DNA of 64,000 nucleotides from a virus (Duplodnaviria; Caudoviricetes): IMG/VR virus record IMGVR_UViG_3300042196_000418; one strand, 5' to 3'. Shown piece by piece: positions 1 to 12,319 of this stretch (position 1 is its first letter; each line of letters starts with the position of its first letter). The notes under the pieces were generated by a model. It saw only the letters and a program-made list of their open reading frames with translations, ran no database searches and was not told where the DNA came from. The position numbers and the translations under genes were made by a program.

Positions 1-3000
1 CCCGCGCGACCGCAGCCAGCGATCGCGACGCACAAGAGTGATCGGGTGCGCGCGAAGGTGCAGTCATTTCAACCCTCGCGACCGCAGACAGCGATTAGCG
101 ATTCCCTCAAGCACGAGTTGCTGCATGGCGGGTTTCTTGTTTCAACCCTCGCGTCGGCACCCTCGTCGTTTCAACCCGCGCGACCGCAGACAGTGATCGC
201 GACACCACGAAGCGAGCCACGCCAGGATCGCGGCACGGCTGCTTCAATCCGCGCGACCGCCGCCAGCGGTCGCGACAACGCTTCCAAGCCGTGCTTCACG
301 GCGCTGATCTGTCGTTTCAACCCGCGCGACCGCAGACAGCGATCGCGACATCTTCGGGCATTTTGCGTTGGTCATTCGCCGACGATGTTTCAACCCACGC
401 GACCGCAGACAGCGATCGCGACCCTCCATGCGCAGGACCCCGTGCCTGACTACACGATCGTTTCAACCCGCGCGACCGCAGACAGCGATCGCGACGCGGC
501 ACTGGATCGTTCCCACGTGCAAGGGGTGCAAGTTTCAACCCGCACGACCGCAGACAGCGATCGCGACGAGCTTCAGAGGTGGGGTTGGCGACTTCGTTTC
601 AACCCGCGCGACCGCAGACAGCGATCGCGACGCCGTGGATGGTCCGCGCGGAGTGGCGGCGGGACTTGTTTCAACCCGCGCGACCGCAGACAGCGATCGC
701 GACCGTCCGCTGGATCCATGCGCCCGTAGCTTTCGCTGCGTTTCAACCCGCGCGACCGCAGACAGCGATCGCGACGACTGCGTTGGTGGTCGCGGACAAC
801 GTCCGCGTGATCGTTTCAACCCGCGCGACCGCAGACAGCGCTTCGTGACACGCCTGGAGGCGCCGTGCAGAAGTTCGTTTCGCTCGTTTCAACCCGCGCG
901 ACCGCAGACAGCGTTCGCGACAAGGTGCCGTGGACGGTTGGCTCGCTGCGGATGATGTTTCAACCCGCGCAACCGCAGACAGCGATCGCGACCTTTCCGA
1001 AGGACCTGGCGGCGGACGTCGAGGAGTTATTTCAGCCAGCGCGACCGCAGACAGCGATCGCGACGTTCCACAACCAGCTCGCGATCGAGCCTCTACGGTC
1101 GTTTCAACCCGCGCGACCGCAGACAGCGATCGCGACTACTGAGGCCAGTGCCCACCAACAGCGACCCAAGGGTGTTTCAACCCGCGCGACCGAAGACAGC
1201 GATCGCGACCCGGCGTACGTCGATGGCGACGGACGCTTTCGAGTGTTTCAACCCGCGCGACCGCAGCCAGCGATCGCGAACTCATCTCGAAGCTGCTGGG
1301 CAACGCCATTTCAACCCACACGACCGCAGCCAGCAACTACAGGCTTGCGTACCCAGCCGTACGCCCGCAGACGTCTAGGTGTTTCAACCCGCGCGATTCG
1401 CGATATGCCGCAGATCGCAACCGCAGACAACGATTGCGACAGCTAGTTATCGTCCTCGTCGGGTTCCTCGCTCTCCTCATTTCAACCCTCGCGACCGCCG
1501 CCAACGATCGCGACGCTGCTACTCTTCAATAAGGCTCGGCCTCCCATCGTTTCAACCCACGCGACCGCCGCCAACGATCGCGACGCCATCTCAGGGCACC
1601 TCAGCGTCCTTGTTTGTTTGTTTCAACCCGCGCAACCGCAGCCAACGATCGCGACCTGCTCGCCGAGCAGGCAGTGAAGCGTGTTGTTGTCCGTTTCAAC
1701 CCGCGAGACGCAGCCAGCGCTCGGAACTCAAGCCAGCGTCGTCGCAACCTCAAGGTCGTAGCCGTTTCAACCCGTGCGACCACAGCCAGCGATCGGCCAT
1801 GGTCCTCGCGACTACGCTGGTTCCCGATCACGTAGTTTGTTTCAACCCGCGCGACCACGGCCAGTGATCGCGACCTTGTAGCTCGCGCGCGATCTCGAGC
1901 AGCGTCCGCGCTATAGGCATCCACTGCACGTTGGTTTCAACCCGCGCGACCGCGACCGCAGTCGCGACCTGAATCCGCTCCGGGGGATTCTCTGGCACGC
2001 CGCGTTTCAACCCGCGCGACCGCAGCCAGCGATCGCAACTGGCTGACGTACGTCGCGTTCACGTTGTGGGAGCTGTTTCAAGCTGCGCGATCACGGACAA
2101 CGATCGCGATGACAAGCTTCCATCCAGCTTCCTGATTGGTGTTTCAACCCGCGCGACCGCGGACAACGGCCACGACGCCGCAAATCACGATCATGGATAC
2201 GCCGATCGAGCCGTTTCAACCTGCGCAACCGCAGTCAGCAATCGCGACCGGCGGCACGCCGGTCGACTGGATCGTCAATGACGTGTTTGTTTCAACCCGC
2301 GCGACCGCAGTCAGCGATCGCGACACTACTCGTCAAGGATCTCGGCTCGCCGACATGGCGGTTTCAATCCGCGCGACCGCAGCCAGCGATCGCGACGTGA
2401 CAGAGCGTTCGTTTCAACCCGCGCGACCGCAGCCAGTGATCGCGACTCAAGCCCAGCTACCTCGGTCGCATGCTCGCGTTCGTTTCAACTCGCGCGACCG
2501 CAGACAGCGATCGCAGCGCTTCCGAGCGTCTCGTACGCCTCCTTCATTCGGCGGTTTTTCAAGCCCGCGCAATCACAGCCAGCTATCACGATCTGGAGGA
2601 CGTTGCCTGCGAGGGAGAGACCGGTGACGTTTCAACCCGCGCGACCGCAGCCAGCGCTCGCGACTCTCCGAGGCCGGGGAGTTTTTACTCGCGCGGCCCG
2701 CAGCCCGTGATCGCGACCCCACGCAGCCGAGGAAAGTCCACGGCCATGTCTTCGTTTCAACCCGCGCCACGTCACCGACAGCTCGTCGCGATTGCTGGCC
2801 GTGGCCGTGGTCGCGCGACTTCGCGCAGAGCTGTTTCAACCCACGCGACCGCAGACAGCGATCGCGACTTTCCTCAGCGGCATTGCAGCTGTCGCTGGCA
2901 TCGCGTTTCAACCCTCGCGACCGCAGCCAGCGATCGCGACGCGTGCGCCGGTCTCGGGTACTGGCTCTACCGGTTGGTTTCAACCTGCACGACCGCAGCC

Positions 3001-6000
3001 AGCGATCGCGACGGGCCATCTCGCAAACGGCGCGTCGTGACGCGTCGTCGTTTCAACCCGCGCAACCGCAGCCAGTGATCGCGACGATCTTGCGAGCTTC
3101 AGAGGTGGGTTGGCGACTTCGTTTAAACCCGCGCGACCGCAGACAGCGATCGCGACGTTCCTCGGCACCGTGCCGACGATCGATGTTCACGTGTGTGTTT
3201 GTTTGTTTCAACCCGCGCGACCGCAGACAGCGATCGCGACGCCACCTTCGATCGCGCAGACATCGCGCATACGGTCGTTTCAACCCGCGCGACCGCAGAT
3301 AGCGATCGCGACTCTTGAGCTCGCGCTCGTCGGCATCGGTGCCGCCGGGTTTCAACCCGCGCGACCGCAGACAGCGATCGCGACGTACACCTCCGCATCC
3401 ACAACAGGCAGGTTTCAACCCACGCGACAGCAGACAGCAATCAGCGATCGCGACACGTCATCGAGCACTTGCCGTGGGGACGAGACCTCGTGTTTCAACC
3501 CGCGCGCCCGCAGCCAGCGGTCGCGACCTTCAACCTCAAGACACTGAGCCAGCACGCCAATCTCGTTTCAACCGCGCGACAACAGCCTGCGATAGCAGTC
3601 AGCGGTCGCGATTGTTGCCGTGCATCACGAGCAGTTTCAACCCGCGCGACCGCAGCCAGCAGTCGCGACCATCATCGGCGGCATCGTGGCGGTTGCGGGC
3701 CTCGCGTTTCAACCCACGCGACCGCAGCGGTCGCGACTTTTGTTTTCCGGCCTCCAACGTGGTGATCAGTTTCAACCCGCGCAACCGCAGCCAGCACTCG
3801 CGACACGCACCGATGATATCGGCTCGTGCTCGTTCGCGCCGGTTCAACCCGCGCGACCGCAGCCAGCGGTCGCGACCTGACCGGCCGAGATCGTAATCTC
3901 GGGAGAGATCACCTGGTTTCAACCCGCGCGACCGCAGCCAGCGGTCACGACCCGCACCATCGAGGTTCAACCCACGCGACCGCAGACAGTGATCGCGACC
4001 TCCTTCTTCGGTGGGGGCGGGGTCGGGTCGACGTTGTTTCAACCCGCGCGACCACAGACAGCGATCGCGACGCGCGTAATAGCCGCGCCCCAACTCACGT
4101 CGGGGTTTCAACCCGCGCGACCGCAAACAGCGATCGCGACTGGTACAGTCAATAGGTGTCGCTCCACGACTTCTACGTTTCAACCAGCGCGACCGCAGAC
4201 GTCGATCGCGACGTGGCGCTCGGAGTCGATGAGGCTAGGATTCGCAGCGTTTCAACCCGCGCGACCGCAGACAGCGCTCGCGACTCTCGATCGCGAGTCC
4301 CTTGTTTCAACCCGCGCGACCGCAGACAACACACGCAACACGCAACACGACCTCGCCAGGATGTTGACGCTGAGCCGTTTCAACCCGCGCGAACGCAGAC
4401 AGCGATCGCGACGGAACAACAGACCGTCGGGTGCGGAGGTCGTGCTGTTTCAACCCGCGCGACAGACAGCGATCGCGACATCCGAAGTCATCGCCGTTCT
4501 GCCGCTTGATCAGCCAGTTTCAACCCGCGCGACCGCAGACAGCGAATCGCGACTCGAGCGCGTGCACGACCTGCTCGCGTTTCAATCCGCGCGACCGCAG
4601 ACAGCGATCGCGACCTCCGATTCCGATGCCCAAGCCTCGCTTGGTTTCAACCCGCGCAACCGCAGAGATCGCGACCTGCCTCACTGCGCGCCAGGATGTT
4701 ATCCCGCTTGGCGTTTCAACCCAAGCGACCGCAGCCAGTGATCGCGACGATCGGCGTGGCAACGGAGTTCCTCCCGCTGTTCACGTTTCAACCCGCGCGA
4801 TCACAGCCAGTGGCCGAGCTGGGTACGCCCCGAGCCATGGCCAGATCCATGATGCCGGCGTTTCAACCCACGCGACAGCAGCCAGTGATCGCGACCATTA
4901 GGGCCTTCAGCATTTGAGGCGGCATGCTCGGCATTTCAACCCGCGCAACCGCAGCCAGCGATCGCGACGACCTCGGGACCGCAGAACGTCGCACGGTTTC
5001 AACCCGCGCGACCGCAGACAGCGATCGCGACAATAGTTCTGCGGCAGGCCGCTGTCGCTGAGCTTCTTGTTTCAACCCGCGCGACCGCAGACAGCGATCG
5101 CGACAAGCCAGCACTTCGTGTGGTCCACACGCGTCGGATGTTTGTTTCAACCCGCGCGACCGCAAACAGCGATCGTGACGTTGCGCTACCGGCGCTTAAC
5201 CCTTTGGACATGCCGGTTTCAACCCGCGCGACCGCAGACAGCGATCGCGATGGCGAGCCCTTCAGCACTTCAGGCGCGATGTCGCGGTTTCAACCCGCGC
5301 GACCGCAGACAGCGATCGCGACCTCTCCACCTTTCTTCAAGCTGCGCGACGCGAAGAGTTTCAACCCACGCGACCGCAGACAGCGATCGCGACTCCAGCG
5401 TGTCCAGGACGCCGAGGCCCAACGTGATGTTTGTTTCAAACCGCGCGACCGCAGACAGCGATCGCGACCGTGGCTTTCACGCATTGTGCAGGTTGCGGCG
5501 CGTTTCAACCCGCGCGACCGCAGACAGCGATCGCGACGGCGGCAAGAAGTGGGGCACGCTTCGCTGGACCCCGGTTTCAACCCGCGCGACCCGCAGACAG
5601 CGATCACGCCTCGCGCTAGCCATCGTCTCGCGCGAAGTTATCGATCTGTTTCAACCCGCGCGACCGCGCGACCGCAGACAGCGATCGCGACCGTCGATAC
5701 CAGCGCGAGGCTACCGAGCCCGAGGACCCTCGAACACGCGCACGGCCTGTCGCGATCACTATCTGCGATCGCGACCAGCTATTCCCGACCCTGACCTCGC
5801 GGTCGTAGGATGTTTCAACCCGCGCGACCGCAGACAGCGATCGCGACGATCCGATCTCGGCGCCAATCGAATTTACGCGTCAGGTTTCAACCCGCGCGAC
5901 CCGCAGACAGCGATCGCGACCAGCTCGACGTCCGCTAGTGGGGCCAGTCCCCAACGGTTTCAACCCGCGCGACCGCAGACAGCGATCGCGACCTCAGGGA

Positions 6001-9000
6001 GGAGCAGCAGGTCTGGCGCGTCGGTCATGTTTCAACCCGCGCGACCGCAGACAGCGATCGCGACGAGCCCAGAGGCGCCATCGCCCGATGCTTCCGGTCG
6101 TTTCAACTCGCGCGACCGCAGACAGCGATCGTGACGCTGATCAGCACGACGTCGTCAGCGGTCGGGTCACTGTTTCAACCCACGCGACCGCAGACAGCGA
6201 TCGCGATACTCCAGATTTGCGTGCGCAATGAGTTGGGCCGTGGGTTTCAACCCGCGCGACCGCAGACAACGATCGCGACGAGCTTCGACCTCGATCTCGC
6301 GGGTGACATGGAGTTCGTTTCAACCCGCGCGACCGCAGACAGCGATCGCGACGACCGGGTTGCAGCAGGCATCCTCTCGGTCGAGGTGGTTTCAACCCGC
6401 GCGACCGCAGACAACGATCGCGACGTGTGCGGACGCCAGTCGGGCTCGTGATAGAGACGGTTTCAACCCGCGCGACAGCAGACAGCGATCGCGACAATCC
6501 CCTGGCGCATCGGAAACGACGGCGTGCTTTTGTTTCAACCCGCGCGACCGCAGATAGCGATCGCGACAAGCTTTCACCGCCTCGCGGGGTCGGTGTTGCC
6601 CACATGTTTCAACCTGCGCGACCGCAGACAGCGATCGCGACCTGTCATGGGGGCATTCCTAGGGCTGGGAGTTTTCGAGTTTCAACCCGCGCGACCGCAG
6701 ACAGCGATCGCGACACTTTGGATCGCCGACGATCCCGTAGTGCCTCTCGAGGTTTCAATCCGCGCGACCGCAGACAGCGATCGCGACGCGCTTGCCAACC
6801 ATCTTCGCTGGGGTCGTGACGCTGTTTCAACCCGCGCGACCGCAGACATCGATCGCGACCTCCTGGGTTGACCCCTCGCGCGACGGCCGAGATCAAGTTT
6901 CAACCCGCGCGACCGCAGACAGCGATCGCGACGCCCCTTGATGCTCGCCCCGCCGCCGATCGCCGCATAGTTTCAACCCGCGCGACCGCAGACAGCGATC
7001 GCGACCTGGTGCGGTAAAAAAAGCTGCCACCGTCTGGAGTTGTTTCAACCCGCGCGACCGCAGACAGCGATCGCGACGTCGATGATCTCGTCGACGTACC
7101 TCTCTTCATGCGCGTTTCAACCCGCGCGACCGCAGACAGCGATCGCAACTTCCGGTCAACGCTTCCCTCGCGTAGCTCACGTCGTTTCAACCCGCGCGAC
7201 CGCAGACAGCGATCGCGACGCGGACAAGTGCGTCCTTTGGGCGCCGGTTGTTTCAACCCGCGCGACCGCAGACAGCGATCACGACCCGCCGGCTGCTTCA
7301 GATACGCCATCGCGGTCGGCCAGTTTTAACCCGCGCGACCGCAGACAGCGATCGCGACCCTCTTGAGGCCGCTCCTGCGATACGAGTCCGAGGTATTTCA
7401 ACCCGCGCGACCGCAGACAGCGATCGCGACACTCACTTCGACGGAGAACAAGGAGCTTCGCGAAACGTTTCAACCTGCGCGACCGCAGACAGCGATCGCG
7501 ACCGGATTTGACAGAGCAGTCTCGTCGGCGTAACTCTGTTTCAACCCGCGCGACCGCAGCCAGCGATCGCGACCGTACCCAACCCCGGCGCCACGAGCTG
7601 ATAACTCGTGTTTCAACCCGCGCGACCGCAGACAGCGATCGCGACTGTTGGTGTTTCGCCCGGGTCGTCGGTGAGCAGTCGCTTGTTTCAACCCGCGCGA
7701 CCGCAGACAGCGATCGCGACCTGCCGCTGATCCTCGCCGGTGATACGCCTGCTATTGGTTTAAACCCGCGCGACAGCAGACAGCGTTCGCGACGCCGTGC
7801 CGACCAGCGCCCAGCCAAGACCTGCGTTGGTTTCAACCCGCGCGACCGCAGACAGCGATCGCGACATCACCATCGCTCTGGCCACGCCCGACGGACTCGA
7901 TGTTTCAACCCGCGCGACCGCAGACAGCGATCGCGACCCGGCCGGCATGCTTTGTGGCGGAGAGCGTAGGAATCGTTTCAACCCGCGCGACCGCAGACAG
8001 CGATCGCCACCGTCCTCGACGGTCCCAACAATACACATCGGAGTTTGTTACAACCCGCGCGACCGCAGACAGCGATCGCGACTCCGTCGATCGAGACACG
8101 GGGCTCCGAGGGAGAGTTGTTTCAACCCGCGCGACCGCAGACAGCGATCGCGACGGCGGCCGTTGGGCGCGCCTGCGGATCCGTCTGAATGTTTCAACCC
8201 GCGCGACCGCAGACAGCGATCGCGACGAGAGGGTGCTCCACGCGATGTCGTACGCCTCGTCAACGTTTCAACCCGCGCGACCGCAGACAGCGATCGCGAC
8301 CAGCCAGAGCGGGGGTCCTCGCTGCGAGCTCACCGATGTTTCAACCCGCGCGACCGCAGACAGCGATCGCGACTCGGCATGGTGACGATCTCCGTCGTTC
8401 ACGACCTGTCGTTTCAACCCGCGCGACCGCAGACAGCGATCGCGACCTGGCGTTGACCGGATGGGGAGGAGAACGTCCGACGGTTTCAACCCGCGCGACC
8501 GCAGACAGCGATCGCGACGAGCGGTCTCCGCTACGACCGGTTGCAGCATCAGGTGGTTTCAACCCGCGCGACCGCAGACAGAGATCGCGACGGCAGTTCA
8601 CGATGCGGACGTGCCCGTTCGCGAGGTTGACGTTTCAACCCGCGCGACCGCAGACAGCGATCGCGACAGCTGCGACTGCGGTCCGGTTAGAGTCACGTGG
8701 TGCTGTTTCAACCCGCGCGACCGCCGACAGTGATCGCGACTCGCCGCCTTGCGCCCCAACATTGAGGAAATTCATGTCGTTTCAACCCGCGCGACCGCAG
8801 ACAGCGATCGCGACAAGCCGTCGTTTCTTCATGTCACGGCATTACGGCCTGTTTAAACCCGCGCGACCGCAGACAGCGATCGCGACTGGAGTCGGACTTC
8901 CCGGTCGAGGGCTGGTGCCACTGTTTCAACCCGCGCGACCGCAGACAGAGAGATCGCGACGTCTTGCGTCGTCCTCATCGACGCGGTGGTGTCACAGTTT

Positions 9001-12000
9001 CAACCCGCGCGACCGCAGACAGCGATCGCGACCCGATATAGCGGGACATCTCAGCCGCCTCCGCTGGGGGTTTCAACCCGCGCGACCGCAGCCAGCGATC
9101 GCGACGCGGCCGTGCCCTCGGGCCGCAGGACGATCTCGACGTTTCAACCCGCGCGACCGTAGACAGCGATCGCGACCTGGGCCAGGACTTCGCCGCCACT
9201 CTCGGTGTGAGGGTTTCAACCCGCGCGACCGCAGACAGCGATCGCAACATACGCGTGCCCATGTAGCGAGGGGCAAGTGGGACGATTCAACCCGCGCGAC
9301 CGCAGACAGCGATCGCGACCGGCCGCCAGGATCCCGCCGAGTCCGGCGTGGTAAACGTTTCAACCCGCGCGACCGCAGACAGCGATCGCGACCGGAGCGA
9401 GACCTCGACACGGCCAGCGGCGGCGTTGTTTCAACCCGCGCGACCGCAGACAGCGATCGCGACGGGGTCGCAACTGTCGACTGACTGATAGTGTCCGGTT
9501 TCAACCCGCGCGACCGCAGACAGCGATCGCGACTTCCGGTCGCGTCGTCGACGATCTGGGCAGCAACCCTGTTTCAACCCGCGCGACCGCAGACAGCGAT
9601 CTCGGCCCGATATAGCGGGACATCTCAGCCGCCTCCGCCGGGGATTTCAACCCGCGCGACCGCAGATAGCGATCGCGACCTGCGCGCTCGACTCCGCGGC
9701 TGCACTCATCGGGCAGTTTCCACCCGCGCGACCGCAGACAGCGATCGCGACCGCCGCCAACGCGAATCACCAACGGCGTTTGCAGGCAGTTTCAACCCGC
9801 GCGACCGCAGACAGCGATCGCGACGTACCCCACCCACGGCGCCGCGAGTTACAGCCCGCGGTTTCAACCCGCGCGACCGCAGACAGCGATCGCGACGGTC
9901 TTCCGACCAGGCTCGGCGTCGCTTGGACGACGGTTTCAACCCGCGCGACCGCAGACAGCGATCGCGACCTGGAGTCGGACTTCCCGGTCGCGGGCTGGTG
10001 CCACTGTTTCAACCCGCGCGACCGCAGACAGCGATCGCGACGTCCTCCCCGTCGCGAGCTTCGTCCTCGTCGGCGGTGTTTCAACCCGCGCGACCGCAGA
10101 CAGCGATCGCGACCCGTGGATGGTCCGCGCGGAGTGGCGGCGGGACTTGTTTCAACCCGCGCGACCGCAGACAGCGATCGCGACCGTTGATTCGTTGTTG
10201 CGCTGTTCGCGCTTCTGCCTGTTTCAACCCGCGCGACCGCAGACAGCGATCGCGACGCCGTCCGTGATCTCGATTGTCTTGCTGAGCGCGTTGTTTCAAC
10301 CCGCGCGACCGCAGACAGCGATCACGACGTCGTGAACTCGTGCCGTCGCAACACACAAACGAGCTGTTTCAACCCGCGCGACCGCAGACAGCGATCGCGA
10401 CGCGCAACTTGAATCAGGCGAGGGCCACGTCCCAGTCGTTTCAACCCGCGCGACCGCAGACAGCGATCGCGACAGTCTCCGCGCAAGATCGGCGGACGAG
10501 TTGAGTACGTGTTTCAACCCGCGCGACCGCAGACAGCGATCGCGACTCGCTCAACCAAGCCGCAAATGAAGCGCTGTTTCTTGGTTTCAACCCGCGCGAC
10601 CGCAGACAGCGATCGCGACGGCGTCGTAGAGCGGGCGCAGGTGGGGTGCGGCGTTGTTTCAACCCGCGCGACCGCAGACAGCGATCGCGACCCTGCTTCG
10701 CCCACGTCGGCGCGAATGCGTCTTGATGTTTCAACCCGCGCGACCGCAGACAGCGATCGCGACGAGCGCGTCGATACAGAGCTCAAGGCACTCGGTCTGG
10801 TTTCAACCCGCGCGACCGCAGACAGCGATCGCGACCTGCGAGGCTCACGGCGTGCCCACGATCACTGACTACGTTTCAACCCGCGCGACCGCAGACAGCG
10901 ATCGCGACGTGTTCTCCGCCTGGCTCGCGAGCTTGCGCATGTTCGTTTCAACCCGCGCGACCGCAGACAGCGATCGCGACACCTTCGAGGCCGACGCTGA
11001 GACACTGACTACACTTGTTTCAACCCGCGCGACCGCAGACAGCGATCGCGACACCGATCGACTCATCGCGTGGGCCAGCTATCAGGGCTGGTTTCAACCT
11101 GCGCGACCGCAGACAGCGATCGCGACGTCGGCTGAACAACCAGAATCGAGCTCGGGTCCTGATGTTTCAACCCGCGCGACCGCAGACAGCGATCGCGACG
11201 ACGATCAAGGCGGTGCTTCTTGCCTGGGACGTCTGGTTTCAACCCGCGCGACCGCAGACAGCGATCGCGACCTTCCGATCGAGATCATCGGAGCGCAAGC
11301 GTGGTGGTTTCAACCCGCGCGACCGCAGACAGCGATCGCGACTCGCCGACCGTCGGCGGGTAGCCCTCGCGCTGCTCGTTGTTTCAACCCGCGCGACCGC
11401 AGACAGCGATCGCGACCAGTTCGGATCGTCATACCAGAGCGTCCAGAGCTCGTGGTTTCAACCCGCGCGACCGCAGACAGCGATCGCGACGTGCCAAGGT
11501 ACGGTCGTGGTGGCCGAGCCGGCTGCTGTTTCAACCCGCGCGACCGCAGACAGCGATCGCGACCATCGAGCGGCTCTTCGGACCACTCGGCATCGTGTCG
11601 TTTCAACCCGCGCGACCGCAGACAGCGATCGCGACGTTCAAGCCCCGCCGCGAACACCGGAGATCACCGCTGTTTCAACCCGCGCGACCGCAGACAGCGA
11701 TCGCGACTGATCTCGCCGCAGTTGCGCGGTACGCCCTCGACTGGTTTCAACCCGCGCGACCGCAGACAGCGATCGCGACGCTGGGACGCGACTCCGGCCG
11801 TCTGATGACGAGCTGGTTTCAACCCGCGCGACCGCAGACAGCGATCGCGACTCGGCGCGACATCGGCGACCGCGCACCGTCCGCGGCGTTTCAACCCGCG
11901 CGACCGCAGACAGCGATCGCGACGGCGGCGCGTACCACAAGGTCACGTGGGACGAGTGGCAGTTTCAACCCGCGCGACCGCAGACAGCGATCGCGACCTC

Positions 12001-12142
12001 ACTGGGGCAGCGAGGACAGTATTCGGTGGTATTTGTTTCAACCCGCGCGACCGCAGACAGCGATCGCGACACGTGCGATCGGTGCAGCTCACGAGCGCCA
12101 CCCGTTGTTTCAACCCGCGCGACCGCAGACAGCGATCGCGAC
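1..12142 (-). CRISPR. Very large CRISPR array, about 165-170 repeat-spacer units, truncated at the left window edge; repeat GTCGCGATCGCTGTCTGCGGTCGCGCGGGTTGAAAC (36 bp) on the minus strand
   Basis: On the plus strand GTTTCAACCCGCGCGACCGCAGACAGCGATCGCGAC recurs every ~72 bp with mostly 33-38 nt spacers; the last copy is at 12107-12142. The minus-strand repeat has a 9-bp hairpin (CGCGATCGC/GCGGTCGCG) and the type I 3' end GTTGAAAC. Repeats are cleanest next to the cas genes. The unit count is estimated from length divided by period. Confidence 0.99.
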
Positions 12143-12319
12143 AGCAGTGCCTAAAAAAGGCATCAGGCCGTGCACTTCCAACGTAGAAGCGCACGACCTG
12201 CATTGTTCAATCATGAACGACTATGCAATTGTCAGAGACCTCCGAGATTCCCAACGAATCTCGAACCGTAGCGTGGCGAGCGGCTCAGCCGCTTGCGGTC
12301 AGCACGCCACCGCTCGCGG
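12143..12319 (-). promoter_or_regulatory. CRISPR leader
   Basis: Non-coding, partly AT-richer stretch between the cas7 stop and the first perfect repeat. It contains inverted repeats (GCGAGCGG...CCGCTCGC; GAGATTC...GAATCTC). Confidence 0.75.

Noticed and set aside
1-12142. Self-targeting of the window by spacers
   Set aside because: I saw no convincing match by eye, only ~9-15-nt coincidences. A BLASTn-short search is needed, so this is unproven rather than excluded.
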